A stretch of DNA of 64,000 nt from Candidatus Harrysmithiimonas galli (lineage in GTDB: Bacteria; Bacillota; Bacilli; CAJFEE01): positions 18,666 through 82,665 of the forward strand of contig CAJFEE010000001.1 of NCBI GenBank assembly GCA_904373265.1, read 5' to 3'. Below are positions 19,787-32,900 of this stretch, in pieces (positions within the stretch are counted from its first letter, which is position 1; every line of letters begins with the position of its first letter). The position numbers and the translations under genes were made by a program. The notes under the pieces were generated by a model. It did no database searches, was not told the DNA's origin, and saw only the letters and a program-made list of their open reading frames with translations.

Positions 19787-21541
19787 TTACAATACATTCG
19801 TATGCCCACTTAAAATATAGCCACGTGGTGAATCTACAGTTACATCCATTCCTTCTTGTAAAATTGTAAGCGCATCCTTTACCCCAACAATCACAGGTTT
19901 TCCCAAACTGACACCAATAATGGCTGCATGTGAAGTCAAACCACCTTCTTCAGTAACAATGGCACAAGCTTTTTCAATGGCTGGCATCATTTCTTTATCT
20001 GTTCCTGGTGTGACCAATATGGAATCTGCTGTTACATTTTTATTTGCATCTTTGGCATCGTAGGCTATGACCACCTTTCCAAACGCACTCTGACGACCAA
20101 TTCCTTGACCTTTTGCCAAAATATCCCCAACATAATGGATTTTCATTAAATTTGTTGTTCCGCTCTCACCAATTGGCACACCGGCTGTAATCACAACCAA
20201 ATCTCCTGGCCTGACCATCTTTGTGTCCAACCCTTTTTCAACTGCAAAATCTAGCATCTCATCTGTTGTTTTAATATCGGGGCCAAGCGCAGGTATAACA
20301 CCCCAAACAAGCATTAAAGAACGCATAATATGCTCAGAGGAAGCAATTGCAAGAATGGAAGCCGCAGGACGATATTTTGCAATCATTTTTGCGGTATGTC
20401 CACCTTGAGTCGGTGTTAATATACATTGAATTGGCAAAGAGCGAACAGTCTGCGTAACAGAAATCCCAATAGCATCTGTAATATTCTCCGTTTTATATTT
20501 TAAGTTTCTTTCCATTTTCTCTTTAAATTCTGTGGATTCTTCTGTTTTCATTGCTATTTGATGCATGGTTTCAACTGCCTGAACCGGATATTGTCCTGCA
20601 GCAGTCTCACCAGAAAGCATCACCGCATCTGTTCCATCAAATATTGCATTGGCTACATCAGACGCCTCTGCTCGTGTTGGACGTGGATTTCTTTGCATGG
20701 AATCAAGCATTTGCGTTGCCGTAATTACTGGCTTACCAACCCGATTACATTTACGAATCATTTCTTTCTGAACAATTGGAACCTCTTCTGCTGGAATTTC
20801 TACACCTAAATCACCACGTGCAACCATCAATCCATCAGAAACCTCCAAAATCCCATCCAAATTTAATATCCCTTCTCGATTTTCAATTTTAGGGATAATT
20901 TGAATATATTCGCCACCATGATCTTCCAATAAATTCCGGATCTCCAGTACATCAGACGGTTTTCGAACAAAAGACGCAGCAATGAAATCAACACCTTGTT
21001 TGATTCCAAATAAAATATCCTCTTTATCCTTTTCTGTAATTCCTGGCAATCCGATTTTTACATTGGGAATATTCACACCTTTTTTATTTTTAATAACACC
21101 ACTGTTTAAAACTCTTGCAACAATTTCATTTTCTCGTTTTTCAGTAACCTCTAGCTCAATCAAACCATCATCAAGCAAAATTCTTGATCCCGTTTGTACA
21201 TCATGAATCAAATCAGGATATGTAACAGAAAACTTTTCTTTTGTACCCGAAACAGGCAGCATAGAAATGATAACCTTAGATCCTGCTTCCAATGTTTCTT
21301 CACCATGGATAAAATCATGTGTACGAATTTCTGGTCCTTTGGTATCCAATAAAATAGCCACAACCTGATTCATTTTTTTTGCAGCTGCACGAATATTTTG
21401 AATCCGAATGGCATGCTCCTCATGTGATCCATGGGAAAAATTCAATCGAGCTACATTCATTCCCTTTTGGATCAACTGACATAATATTTCAATATGCTCA
21501 CTTGCTGGACCAATTGTGCATACAATTTTTGTTTTACGCAT
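19787..21541 (-). CDS. pyk: Pyruvate kinase with C-terminal PEP-utilising domain
   Basis: [56 protein letters not shown]. Confidence 0.99.
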   Translation of the reverse strand: MRKTKIVCTIGPASEHIEILCQLIQKGMNVARLNFSHGSHEEHAIRIQNIRAAAKKMNQVVAILLDTKGPEIRTHDFIHGEETLEAGSKVIISMLPVSGTKEKFSVTYPDLIHDVQTGSRILLDDGLIELEVTEKRENEIVARVLNSGVIKNKKGVNIPNVKIGLPGITEKDKEDILFGIKQGVDFIAASFVRKPSDVLEIRNLLEDHGGEYIQIIPKIENREGILNLDGILEVSDGLMVARGDLGVEIPAEEVPIVQKEMIRKCNRVGKPVITATQMLDSMQRNPRPTRAEASDVANAIFDGTDAVMLSGETAAGQYPVQAVETMHQIAMKTEESTEFKEKMERNLKYKTENITDAIGISVTQTVRSLPIQCILTPTQGGHTAKMIAKYRPAASILAIASSEHIMRSLMLVWGVIPALGPDIKTTDEMLDFAVEKGLDTKMVRPGDLVVITAGVPIGESGTTNLMKIHYVGDILAKGQGIGRQSAFGKVVIAYDAKDANKNVTADSILVTPGTDKEMMPAIEKACAIVTEEGGLTSHAAIIGVSLGKPVIVGVKDALTILQEGMDVTVDSPRGYILSGHTNVL

Positions 21542-21567
21542 CTTCTCTTCCTCCGCTTATCTCTATC

Positions 21568-22530
<963 letters not shown>

Positions 22531-22690
22531 TTACACCTTCATTTCCTAAAACTTCGCATAACATCTTACTTTACTTCCCTTTTATTCTAATCAAATTTCA
22601 AAGAATTTAAAACAAAAAATGGCTCGAGTAAATCGATAGAAAAAGAAAAAGACCACCTTGCCATAAAAATATATGGAAAGGCAGTCTTTC

Positions 22691-23656
22691 TTATCCGAAT
22701 GGTTGATCCCGAAACTGACCCATTCGTAAATATTTGTTCATTCTTTGAGACAAAATTTCCTGTGGAAGCATTGTAGAAAAATCATTTAATGCAATTTGAA
22801 TACGATCTGCAATCAAATCAGCTTGCACCTTGACATCCACATGGGCACCAGGCGGTATCTCTTTTATAATTTCATCACAAACCCCCAGCTCGTATAAATC
22901 CTTTGCAGTAATCTGCATAGCTTGTGCCGCCTTTTTTGCCTGTGTAGAATCTTTCCAAAGCAAGGCAGCTGCACCTTCTGGAGAAATAACGGAATATGTA
23001 GCATTTTCCAGCATTAAAATACGGTTTGCCACACCTAATGCCAAAGCACCACCACTGCCGCCCTCGCCAATTACAACAGCGATGACAGGAACAGTAAGCC
23101 CCGCCATTTCAAATAAATTTTTTGCAATGGCCTCACTTTGTCCACGTTCCTCGGCCGCCTTACCCGGATATGCTCCTTTGGTATCAATAAAAGTAATAAT
23201 TGGACGACAAAATTTTTCGGCCTGCTTCATTAAACGCAGTGCCTTACGATACCCTTCTGGATGCGGCATACCGAAATTTCGTACAATATTTTCTTTTGTA
23301 TCTCGTCCACGTTGTTGTCCGATAACCGTTACGGGTTTCCCTTGAAAAAAAGCAATGCCGCCAATCAATGCTGCATCATCTCCAAAATAACGATCCCCAT
23401 GCAATTCAATAAAATCATCAAATAAATATCGAACATAATCTAGTGTGGTTGGACGCTGGGGATGTCTAGCAATACAAACACGATCCCATGGCGTCAAATT
23501 GGAATAGACTTCCTTCTCCAAATGTGCCAGTCGATTTTCCAATTGGCTAACTTCCTTTGAAAAATCAATATCCGCATCTTCCATGAGTTTTTTGAATTCG
23601 GAAATTTTATTTTTCAATTCAACAATCGGACGTTCAAATTCCATAAAATTAGGCAT
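22691..23656 (-). CDS. accA: Acetyl-CoA carboxylase carboxyltransferase alpha
   Basis: [41 protein letters not shown]. Confidence 0.98.
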   Translation of the reverse strand: MPNFMEFERPIVELKNKISEFKKLMEDADIDFSKEVSQLENRLAHLEKEVYSNLTPWDRVCIARHPQRPTTLDYVRYLFDDFIELHGDRYFGDDAALIGGIAFFQGKPVTVIGQQRGRDTKENIVRNFGMPHPEGYRKALRLMKQAEKFCRPIITFIDTKGAYPGKAAEERGQSEAIAKNLFEMAGLTVPVIAVVIGEGGSGGALALGVANRILMLENATYSVISPEGAAALLWKDSTQAKKAAQAMQITAKDLYELGVCDEIIKEIPPGAHVDVKVQADLIADRIQIALNDFSTMLPQEILSQRMNKYLRMGQFRDQPFG

Positions 23657-24518
23657 AGCTCACTTCCTCCGTTCGATGCATTTTTAAAAGCAAAGAAAGT
23701 GTTGCTCGCATCTCTTGGCGTGGAACAATTGCATCTAATTGACCACATTTCAATAAAAACTCAGCTGTTTGAAAATCTTCTGGTAATGCTTCACCAATGG
23801 TTTGCTCAATAATTCTTCTTCCAGCGAATCCAATTAAAGCACCAGGTTCCGCAAGTTGAATGTCTCCTAAAGAAGCGAAACTTGCGCTGACACCACCCGT
23901 TGTTGGATGTGTCATCACTACAATATACAGCACACCCGCATCATTTAATTGTTTTACAGCGACAGAAGTTTTCGCCATCTGCATTAAACTTAAAATGCCT
24001 TCCTGCATTCTTGCTCCTCCAGAAGCTGTAAATATTACAAATGGTATTTTCATTTCTTTACAACGGAAAATCGCACGTGTAATCTTTTCACCAACGACAC
24101 TACCCATACTCCCCATACGAAAAGCAGAGTCCATTATGGCAATCCCAAGTGGTAAACCATCAATGGTTCCTTTTCCCGTAATTACAGCTTCTGTTAAACC
24201 CGTTTTGATTTGGTCTGCTTCAATCTTCTCCATATAATTGTCAAAATGTAATGGATTGATTGTTGATAACTCTGTATCCCAAGGCTCGTATGAATTTTCG
24301 TCCAACAAATGATGAATTCTTTCCTCTGCTGAAATATAATGATGTGTATTGCAATTCGGGCATACATTCAACGCTTCCTTAAATGCTTTGGTTACCCAAA
24401 TTTTTTTACATTTATCACACTGTGTCATAATTCCATCTGGAACAGCTTCAACCGATTTTTTATTTGATAAAACAACGGAAGCATACTTCTTTTTCTTTGA
24501 GAAAATATTTATGTTCAA
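23649..24518 (-). CDS. accD: Acetyl-CoA carboxylase carboxyltransferase beta
   Basis: Zn ribbon C-x2-C...C-x2-[37 protein letters not shown]. Confidence 0.98.
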   Translation of the reverse strand: MNINIFSKKKKYASVVLSNKKSVEAVPDGIMTQCDKCKKIWVTKAFKEALNVCPNCNTHHYISAEERIHHLLDENSYEPWDTELSTINPLHFDNYMEKIEADQIKTGLTEAVITGKGTIDGLPLGIAIMDSAFRMGSMGSVVGEKITRAIFRCKEMKIPFVIFTASGGARMQEGILSLMQMAKTSVAVKQLNDAGVLYIVVMTHPTTGGVSASFASLGDIQLAEPGALIGFAGRRIIEQTIGEALPEDFQTAEFLLKCGQLDAIVPRQEMRATLSLLLKMHRTEEVSYA

Positions 24519-24559
24519 AGATGTTTCACTCCAATTTCTGTTTCAGAATATATATTAAA

Positions 24560-25250
24560 CCATGATACAATCTGACCAAATTTACCAGAATAGCAACCAA
24601 ACTATATCTTTGTCTGATTTTCATAAAATAATGTTTTGCTTTTATATGCCAATGATTTCATATTCTAATAATAAAGACCAATGCTTTAACAAAATATAAC
24701 GATCACTGAAAAGAAAAATTTCCAAAGAAACTTGGACAAAACGAGAATCCCTATCTACATAAAATGAATATTTCTAAAATGATCCAATTCATATAGTCAA
24801 AAGGATGAGTAGATGTAAAATTTCATAACTTCATATGAAATTTTACATCACCGTTCATTTTCTCTTTGAATCAAATCCTTTTGTTCCAGCCTCATCCTTT
24901 TCATATTTCTCAGTACAAAGTAATTTTTCCAATCTTGAAATGAAAAAACATTGTTGTACGTAAGCTACCTTTTTTAGGATCATTTGTCCAAGCAGGCGCT
25001 TTGCTTACACAATATTTCTTTCTGATTCATGACTGTCAAAACAAATCATCCGAACATTTTTCTCAACCAATTTTTTAGAAGACTCCATATAAAATATATC
25101 TTCTCTATACTTTATTTGAATTATTCTAGATGATTCCAACACTCTCAAAACTTCATAAACTATTGCAATCTAGCTTATGTGACATCATTCAACATACGTT
25201 TAGAAGGACATTAACTTGAAAGCAAGCGATAATCGGAATATATTGATAAA
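24560..25250 (-). pseudogene. Heavily eroded GntR/FadR-family regulator; ends approximate
   Basis: Minus-strand PSKRMLND...VYEVLRVLESSRIIQIKYREDIF resembles the GntR wHTH (LPSERELS...VREALRALE..GLIE.RRGEGTF). Many Bacillaceae carry a FadR/GntR gene between malic enzyme and accD. Confidence 0.55.
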
Positions 25251-25302
25251 TTCTAATATATTTTCCCCTCTTGTTTCCTTTTTCATTATCAAAATTTACA
25301 GC

Positions 25303-26538
25303 TTATTTCAAGCGAGATAATGCTCTTGTTTTTTCTTCTAACTGTTTTAAATCAATATGTTGTCTAGCAAGTCCTGTTTCTATTGCCGCCTCTGCAACAG
25401 CCACTGCTACACACGGTGCCACATTTACATCAAATGCACTTGGAATAATTACACCTTTTGCCAATTCTTCTTCAGAAACCAAAGAAGCAATGGCATATAC
25501 GGCTGCCATTTTCATTTTTGTATCAATGCGCTTAGCCTGTACATCCAACGCCCCACGGAAAATACCTGGGAAAGCCAAAACATTATTGACCTGATTCGGA
25601 AAATCTGAACGACCCGTCGCCACGACAGATGCACCGGCTTTCATTGCCACATCAGGCATAATTTCAGGAACCGGATTAGCCAAAGCAAAAATAATTGGAT
25701 CCTTTGCCATAGACCGAACCATTTCTTCTGTTACACATTTGGCAATAGAAACTCCGATGAACACATCTTTTCCTTTAATAACATCCTCCAGTGTACCCGA
25801 CTCCAATTGCTCATTGCAAATTTTAGCAATTCTTTCCTTCATAGAGTTCATATTAAACGGTCGCCCTTGATAAAGTGCTCCTTTTGTATCACACATCACA
25901 ATCTGTTTTACGCCAAACTTTTTCAATAATTTTAAAATCGCAATTCCTGCCGCCCCAGCACCATTAATAACGACTTTAATTTCTTCAATTTTTTTATTGG
26001 TTCGTTTTAACGCATTAATCAAACCGGCACATACAACAATTGCCGTTCCATGCTGATCATCATGAAAAACTGGTATATTCATCAATTCACTTAATGTTTC
26101 TTCTATAATAAAACAATTTGGTGCTGAGATATCTTCCAAATTGATTCCGCCAAATGTTGGCTCCAAAGCTTTTACAATGGAAATTACCTCTTGAGGTTGC
26201 TTTGTTCCTAAACAAATTGGAAAAGCATCTACACCTGCAAAATCTTTAAATAAAATAGATTTCCCTTCCATCACAGGCATAGCCGCTTCAGGACCGATAT
26301 CTCCTAGACCTAAAACAGCAGTTCCATCAGAAACAACAGCAACCATATTTCCACGATTTGTATATTCATAGACCTTGCTTTTATCTTGAGCAATTTCTTT
26401 ACATGGTTCTGCAACACCTGGAGAATATGCCAAGCTTAAATCATCTCCATTTTTTACTGTGACTTTACCACTTACTTGGATCTTTCCTTTGTTTTCTCGA
26501 TGCATTTGTAGTGCAGCTTCTTTTAAATTTTTCATCAT
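25303..26538 (-). CDS. ytsJ: NAD(P)-dependent malic enzyme (YtsJ/MaeB type)
   Basis: [47 protein letters not shown]. Confidence 0.95.
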   Translation of the reverse strand: MMKNLKEAALQMHRENKGKIQVSGKVTVKNGDDLSLAYSPGVAEPCKEIAQDKSKVYEYTNRGNMVAVVSDGTAVLGLGDIGPEAAMPVMEGKSILFKDFAGVDAFPICLGTKQPQEVISIVKALEPTFGGINLEDISAPNCFIIEETLSELMNIPVFHDDQHGTAIVVCAGLINALKRTNKKIEEIKVVINGAGAAGIAILKLLKKFGVKQIVMCDTKGALYQGRPFNMNSMKERIAKICNEQLESGTLEDVIKGKDVFIGVSIAKCVTEEMVRSMAKDPIIFALANPVPEIMPDVAMKAGASVVATGRSDFPNQVNNVLAFPGIFRGALDVQAKRIDTKMKMAAVYAIASLVSEEELAKGVIIPSAFDVNVAPCVAVAVAEAAIETGLARQHIDLKQLEEKTRALSRLK

Positions 26539-26604
26539 ATTTACTCTCTTTCTAGTGTCATATCACTTTATTTATATTATAAGGGAATCGCACAAAATGT
26601 CTAA

Positions 26605-29600
26605 TTACTTTTTTATCGCCAGATTCTCTTCTCCAAATAACTGGATTAATCGTTGTATCGATTCATCATTCAAATCTATACGCTGACGAAAGCTTTGAGA
26701 CATTTGGCGCTTCTCTTTTTCAAGTAGCACAATTTGTGTATTTCCTGGATCAGCCTTACAAATCGTAAGAAGCTGATCACACCATACATCTGGGGAATCC
26801 AACTGAATATAAAGTTGAAAATCTCCTCGCTGATATGCAGCCTCAAACATTTCTAGCGGCCAACATTCATGAACCAAATATTGAATTTTTTCGTTTTTAA
26901 AATCTGTTGAGCACTGCAATATAACAAAATTCCCCTGTTGCAACTGTAAAGAAACAACAGCATATGTCTTGGGAAATACAACCGCTTCAAATACACCAGA
27001 CGCATCCTCAACCGTCAAAAAAGCCATTGGTTCGCCATGTTTTGTTCTAATGTGACGAATTGCTTGTATCATAACAGCAGTAAGTTTTTTCAAATATTTT
27101 GATGTGTATTTTAACTCTTTTAACAAAATAAATCTACTATCCAAGGCAAATTTTGTTAATTTTTTATAAGGATTCGCAGTTAAATAAAACCCAAGCAATG
27201 CTTTCTCATGCTTTCCTTTTTCCTCATCTGTCATCTTTGTTTCTTTTTTTAAACGTGGCTTTGGAACCAACTGCGAAAGCTGAAATAAATTCATCTGTTC
27301 CCCTTGAATAAACGGCTGAATCAATTCTGTATAACGCAATGCCGCATCTAAATTTTCAAGCAAAACGGCACGATCCAATCCAAATTCATCCAAAGCACCA
27401 CTTAAAATCAGAGTTTCAAACATTTTTTGATTATACCCAGAAAGCGTCATACGTGATACAAAGTCAAAAAAATCAATAAAAGGTTGTTTTTTTCTTTCTT
27501 TAATAATCTGATGAGCCGATTGCTTACCGATTCCTTTAATATTACCTAATCCAAGTATAATCCCTTGCTTGCCAAAACTAAAACGATAACTTCCAGAAAG
27601 CACAGAAGGCGGATAAATTTCAATCCCATTGGCACGAGCTTCTTTCAAATAGACTTGCGTTTTACTACTGGTTCCCATCACATTAGACAGCGCCGCAACA
27701 AAAAATTCCAAAGGATAATTTGCTTTTAAATAAGCCAATTGGTAAGCAATCATACTGTAAGCAACCGAGTGACTTTTATTAAATCCATAGTTAGCAAATT
27801 GCACAATTAAATCATAAACCTGATTTCCGATTTGTTCAGAGTATCCTTTTTTCCTCGCTCCTTCAATAAATCGTGTTCGTTCATAATCCAAAATTGATTT
27901 TTCTTTTTTTCCAATAGCACGGCGCAACAAATCTGCCTCCGCCAAAGAAAAACCAGCCATAATATGGGCAATCTGCATAATTTGCTCTTGATAAACAATA
28001 ATTCCATAAGTAGAATCAAGCACATGATGAATGGCTTCAATATGTAGAACATCGCGAATCTGTTTTTGTTTATTTTCTATATATCTTGGAATCTGCTCCA
28101 TTGGTCCTGGACGATATAAAGCATTTAATGCAACCAAGTCGTTAAACTCTGTTGGTTGAAGTTTACGCAAAGCGCGTCTCATTCCTTCTGATTCAAATTG
28201 AAAAATTCCATTGGTTTCACCTTGTCGAAAAATTTCATATGTCTTTTGATCATTCAATGGAATTTTCCGAATATCCAATGTAATTCCTTTATTTCTTTGA
28301 ACATCATCCAGTATTTCTTGAATCAGCTTTAAGTTCCGTAAGCCTAAAAAATCCATTTTTAAAAATCCCAAACGTTCTAAAACATCTGCTGGATATTGTG
28401 TAACCAATGTTTGATTCGTGCCAGCTTGTACAGGAACCATCTCACCAAAAGCAATTGGACTAATAATAACGCCTGCCGCATGAACCGATGTATGTCTGGG
28501 TAAGCCTTCAATTTTTTGTGCCATCGTAAACAGCTTTTGAGCCTTTGGAGTTTGATCAATAATTTTTCGAAAAGATATAGATTCTTGATAGGCTGCATCC
28601 AATGTGATCCCAAGTTTAGAAGGAATCCTGCGAGAAATTTCATCCAACTCCTTCGGTGTATACCCCATAACACGCCCGATATCTCGAATGGCTTGCTTTG
28701 CACCAAATGTCCCAAAAGTTACAATTTGTGCAATATAACGATCGCCATATTTTTCTTTCACATACTGGATCACATCATCCCTTTTATTATCTGGAAAATC
28801 CAAATCAATATCAGGCATTGTTAACCGTTCCGGATTTAAGAAACGTTCAAACAAAAGATGATAAGCAAGCGGATCAACATCTGTAATACCAAGTACATAT
28901 GCAACAAGTGAGCCAGCAGCCGAACCCCTTCCCGGTCCTGTCAAAATACCATGTGTCCGGGCATATTTCATAAAATCCCATACAATCAGGAAATAATTTT
29001 CAAAACACATTTGATGAATCACGTTCAGCTCATATTGCAATCGCATCATAATTTCTGGTGTTATTTCTTGATAACGTTTTTCTGCGCCTTTAAAACAAAG
29101 CTTTGATAAATATTCAAATGAAGTGATTCGTCCAACCAATTTTTCAGGCAATGGGTATACAGGCAAAGAAACCAGCGGAAATTCAAACTGCAATTGACAT
29201 AGTTTAGCAATTTCAACACTTTTTTGCACCCATTCTTCATTCTCTGAAAAAATCGCACGAATTTCTTCTTCAGATTTCAAGTACTTTTCCTTTAAAAACG
29301 GAGCAGAAACGATATCGGAAAATTTTTCCCCTTGGGCAATGGCTTGTAAATACGGAATCACTTCTGCTTCATGTTCCGTTAAAAAACATACATCATTTAA
29401 TACAACATACTCAGGTTGGACATTCAGTAAACGATATATATGGACTTCAGAAGGTTTATGAAGCCCTATATACATATGAGAAAACTGCTTTTTCAACTGC
29501 TGGTAAACAGAATCGGCCTGCGCCTGAAACCCCTTTTGCAAAAGGGGATACAACACGGAATCCTGCCCTGGTAAAATAACAATTAAATCCTGATTGGGTT

Positions 29601-29952
29601 GTCCTTTAGATAAACAATCTAGCACATCCATTGTTAGAAAACCAGACTCGGTCACTTGTAGGTGACTACTTATTTTTACAAGCTGCTGATAGCCAATCAT
29701 ATTTTTCGCCAAAAAAATAAACTGTCCGTGCAGTTCTTCAAAACGATATGATACGGTCAGACCAATAATCGGATGAATTTTTTCTTTTATACAAGCTTCA
29801 TAAAAATGAATAACTCCATACATTGCATGAAAATCTGTCAATGCAAGAGATTGAAAACCAAGCTGCTTCGCTTTTTGAACCAACGCATCAATTTCAATAT
29901 TGCTTCTTAAAATACTATATGTACTTTTCACTTGTAAATGACAAAATCCCAT
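26605..29952 (-). CDS. dnaE: DNA polymerase III alpha subunit
   Basis: N-terminal PHP domain, GPGRGSAAGS, FERFLNPER, MPDIDLDF, KMDFLGL, YGFNKSH, OB fold. Confidence 0.99.
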   Translation of the reverse strand: MGFCHLQVKSTYSILRSNIEIDALVQKAKQLGFQSLALTDFHAMYGVIHFYEACIKEKIHPIIGLTVSYRFEELHGQFIFLAKNMIGYQQLVKISSHLQVTESGFLTMDVLDCLSKGQPNQDLIVILPGQDSVLYPLLQKGFQAQADSVYQQLKKQFSHMYIGLHKPSEVHIYRLLNVQPEYVVLNDVCFLTEHEAEVIPYLQAIAQGEKFSDIVSAPFLKEKYLKSEEEIRAIFSENEEWVQKSVEIAKLCQLQFEFPLVSLPVYPLPEKLVGRITSFEYLSKLCFKGAEKRYQEITPEIMMRLQYELNVIHQMCFENYFLIVWDFMKYARTHGILTGPGRGSAAGSLVAYVLGITDVDPLAYHLLFERFLNPERLTMPDIDLDFPDNKRDDVIQYVKEKYGDRYIAQIVTFGTFGAKQAIRDIGRVMGYTPKELDEISRRIPSKLGITLDAAYQESISFRKIIDQTPKAQKLFTMAQKIEGLPRHTSVHAAGVIISPIAFGEMVPVQAGTNQTLVTQYPADVLERLGFLKMDFLGLRNLKLIQEILDDVQRNKGITLDIRKIPLNDQKTYEIFRQGETNGIFQFESEGMRRALRKLQPTEFNDLVALNALYRPGPMEQIPRYIENKQKQIRDVLHIEAIHHVLDSTYGIIVYQEQIMQIAHIMAGFSLAEADLLRRAIGKKEKSILDYERTRFIEGARKKGYSEQIGNQVYDLIVQFANYGFNKSHSVAYSMIAYQLAYLKANYPLEFFVAALSNVMGTSSKTQVYLKEARANGIEIYPPSVLSGSYRFSFGKQGIILGLGNIKGIGKQSAHQIIKERKKQPFIDFFDFVSRMTLSGYNQKMFETLILSGALDEFGLDRAVLLENLDAALRYTELIQPFIQGEQMNLFQLSQLVPKPRLKKETKMTDEEKGKHEKALLGFYLTANPYKKLTKFALDSRFILLKELKYTSKYLKKLTAVMIQAIRHIRTKHGEPMAFLTVEDASGVFEAVVFPKTYAVVSLQLQQGNFVILQCSTDFKNEKIQYLVHECWPLEMFEAAYQRGDFQLYIQLDSPDVWCDQLLTICKADPGNTQIVLLEKEKRQMSQSFRQRIDLNDESIQRLIQLFGEENLAIKK

Positions 29953-30405
29953 AGTGGTTTCATCCCTTCACGATTCTCAATAATGTTTACCATTATATGT
30001 TTACTATTTTTATATCTACATGTAATTTTCAATTGGTTCTGTTTTTGTTAATTTCAACTGTTCTTTTACTGACTCAAACCGTTTAGATACTGATCTTATT
30101 TCATATACAAAAACTGTTTGGTTATCAATGGGAGCCAAATCAATGATTCGCTAAAAAAAAACAAATCATTTTTTCCTTTTTATTAAATCCTAACATAAAA
30201 AGCTCTATAACTAAAAATGTCCTAAGAATATGATATCCACTCGCATGATTTTTTTACACAATAATAAATTATGTAATTTTATACGATTCAGATTCAAATT
30301 CTTAGAACGCATAAGCAGCTTGTATCAACCAAAAACGAAAGCTTTACCCAAACCTTTCATTTTTGAAACCTTCAAACAAAATTATAAACGTTGATACCAC
30401 TTCAA

Positions 30406-31365
30406 TCAATCGGTTTTACAATATGTATCACAAATTCGAATAAGCTTAGCAACCAATTCCTTTGCAGTATCCCAAGAATCAATGGTCGCACCAGAAGCAA
30501 GTTTATGACCGCCTCCATGATACTCGGCTGCTAAATCACTTACAATAGGACCTTTGGAACGCAAACGAACACGAATCCCTTTTGACTCTTCAATAAAAGT
30601 TACCCAAGCCTTTACACCATGAAGATTTCCAATTTCATTTGTTGTATTGGAAGCATCGATCGGCTCTAAACCAAATTTATCTAAAACTTCTTTTGTAATT
30701 CGGACAACCAAAACCTCTTTACTTACTCGTTCAAAATTCTGCATAATATAACCGTTTAATCTTAGAATACTCATGTCTGTTTCATATAACCGATCGTAAA
30801 TTGGTGTTGTCCTCATACCCGTTTGCAATAACCCCATTGCCGTTTCAAAGGTGCGCTTCGTTGTACTTGGAAATAAAAACCTTCCTGTATCACCAATAAT
30901 ACCAGCAAAAATTTTTTCTGCACTGTTTTGACTCAAACGAAATCCATAGGGCTTAGCTTCAATATAAAGCTGATAAATCATTTCAGAGGTAGCCGCATAA
31001 GTCGCATCGACCCAAACCACTTCAGCATATGTATCACGCGTCGGATGGTGATCAATTTTTACTCTCATTTTCCCCAATGTATATCTTTCATCACTGATAC
31101 GCTCTCGATTTGCCGTGTCCAAAATCAATACCAACGCATCTTGATAAACTTCATCTGGGATTTCATCAGATTTGCCAATAAACTGCAATCGCATATCTTC
31201 TTCTCCAACAGTATAAACCCTCTTTTCTGGAAAAGATTCTTGGATTATCGTTGCCAAACCGTGCTGAGCTCCTAATGCGTCTGGATCAGGACGAACATGG
31301 CGATGTATAATAATGGTATGATTTTCTAAAATCAAACGGATAATTTTCTGTAACATGTTTACCAA
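30406..31365 (-). CDS. nrnA: Bifunctional oligoribonuclease/pAp phosphatase (DHH family)
   Basis: HVRPDPDA, IDHH, GDTGRF, RLRS, GGGHKLASGA. Confidence 0.96.
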   Translation of the reverse strand: MVNMLQKIIRLILENHTIIIHRHVRPDPDALGAQHGLATIIQESFPEKRVYTVGEEDMRLQFIGKSDEIPDEVYQDALVLILDTANRERISDERYTLGKMRVKIDHHPTRDTYAEVVWVDATYAATSEMIYQLYIEAKPYGFRLSQNSAEKIFAGIIGDTGRFLFPSTTKRTFETAMGLLQTGMRTTPIYDRLYETDMSILRLNGYIMQNFERVSKEVLVVRITKEVLDKFGLEPIDASNTTNEIGNLHGVKAWVTFIEESKGIRVRLRSKGPIVSDLAAEYHGGGHKLASGATIDSWDTAKELVAKLIRICDTYCKTD

Positions 31366-31376
31366 CCTTTCTTTGG

Positions 31377-32690
31377 TTATTTACTTAGAAATTGAATTGA
31401 AACCAAAGCTTTTCCTGCAATTTTTCTATCAAATAATAAATTCACCTCTATTTTACCAGATTTTCTACCCAATGATAAAATATTCGGTTGAATTGTTAAA
31501 ATCCCTTCAATTTCAATTGGTTTTAAATAGTAAATTACCGTATTTTCAATTTTATATGTTCCCCTACGTTTCTGATGTATACAGCGGCTGACCGCCTCCA
31601 TTATAATGGTTGTACAAACACCTATTGAAAGTGTTCCCAAAGCGCTAGACATTTGTGGGGATAAACCACACTCATAGACCAAAATTCCATTTTCATCTGT
31701 ATGCTCTGAAAAATTGGCAAGAATTATATCTTCAATTGTCTCGGAATTCTGTGGTTGCTTTTGATCTAAATGTAACGCCTTTAGCACATCTTGTCTGCTA
31801 ACAACACCACGTAGTTCATAATCATCATTCACAACTGGAAGAAAATCAATTCCTTCCCAAATTAAAATTCTTGCGGCAGCCGCAACAGTAACTTTTTCTC
31901 CAACGGTTATCGGATTTCTTGTCATAACATTAAAAATGGGCTCAGTTGGCACTTGACCAATAATATCTTTTGATGTTATCACACCAGAAACCTTTCCTTG
32001 TGCATCTACGACAGGAAAATGCCCATGCCCAGATTCATCATTCAACCGAAGAAGATCAGCAATGGTATATGTTTCATTTAAATAATAAGTTTTTTCAATT
32101 GGAACCAAAATATCCTCTACAATTACAACTTCTTTTTTTACCATTCGATCGCGTATAGCCGCATTACAAATTGAAGCAACCGAAAAAGTATCATAGCTCG
32201 TAGAAATCAATGGAAGCCCGTAGCGATCTGCCAAAGCGATGATATCTGGGCTTGCCATAAAACCACCTGTAAGCAAAACAGCAGATTTTCTATGAAATGC
32301 AAGCTCCTGTGCTTCTTTGCGATTTCCTACAATTAAGAGATTACCTGGTTCCAAATATTTTGCCATGTCTTCTATTTTCATTGCACCAATTACAAAACGA
32401 TTGAGAGTCAGATGCAAACCCTTTTCTCCACCGATAACCGTGCCATCCACGATTTTCACAATCTCCCCAAAAGTAAGCTTTTCAATATTTTCTTCCTTTT
32501 TCTGCTCAATTCGAATGGTTCCTACACGTTCAATGGAGCTAACCAACCCTTGCACTTCTGCTTCTTTCATCGCACGATAGGCTGTCCCCTCACTGACTGA
32601 TAAATCTTTAGCAATTTGCCTAACTGAAATTTTATAACCTACTTCTAGATTTTCAATATAATTTAAAATTTGCTCGTGCTTTGTAACCAT
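31377..32690 (-). CDS. ytoI: HTH-DRTGG-CBS-thioesterase domain protein (YtoI/SpxR-like)
   Basis: TKHEQIL, ISVRQIAK..VSEGTAYRA, GNR...LTGG, CBS pair, C-terminal hotdog-like region. Confidence 0.92.
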   Translation of the reverse strand: MVTKHEQILNYIENLEVGYKISVRQIAKDLSVSEGTAYRAMKEAEVQGLVSSIERVGTIRIEQKKEENIEKLTFGEIVKIVDGTVIGGEKGLHLTLNRFVIGAMKIEDMAKYLEPGNLLIVGNRKEAQELAFHRKSAVLLTGGFMASPDIIALADRYGLPLISTSYDTFSVASICNAAIRDRMVKKEVVIVEDILVPIEKTYYLNETYTIADLLRLNDESGHGHFPVVDAQGKVSGVITSKDIIGQVPTEPIFNVMTRNPITVGEKVTVAAAARILIWEGIDFLPVVNDDYELRGVVSRQDVLKALHLDQKQPQNSETIEDIILANFSEHTDENGILVYECGLSPQMSSALGTLSIGVCTTIIMEAVSRCIHQKRRGTYKIENTVIYYLKPIEIEGILTIQPNILSLGRKSGKIEVNLLFDRKIAGKALVSIQFLSK

Positions 32691-32726
32691 AAAACCATCC
32701 ACTCTCTTTATTTTTAGAAGTATATA

Positions 32727-32900
32727 GTGAACTACTCACCACTTTGCTAAACTTTATGGTTTTTAAATTTGAAGTGGGAGCTTCTTGGGAATAGAGCATA
32801 CTTGCAAGCGTATTTCTTTACGCACAAAGGTTTCTCTTATTGACCAAGCTATCCCCGTAGTTCCTACGGTTTGTGTTGATCTTACACGAGTGTTTGTATG
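32727..32900 (-). ncRNA. TnpB omega-RNA (reRNA) scaffold at the IS right end
   Basis: ACCGTAGGAACTACGGGGATAGCTTGG...CCCAAGAAGCTCCCACTTCAA...AAGTGGTGAGTAGTTCAC follows the tnpB stop, the typical Firmicutes IS605 right-end layout. Confidence 0.7.

Noticed and set aside
22830-23345. Long antisense ORFs over accA (also over accD, ackA, the NSS transporter and amtB)
   Set aside because: Reverse-frame shadows of conserved genes.
30000-30400. Possible ytrH/ytrI remnant
   Set aside because: Position fits, but similarity (LSMGAKS) is too weak to call.
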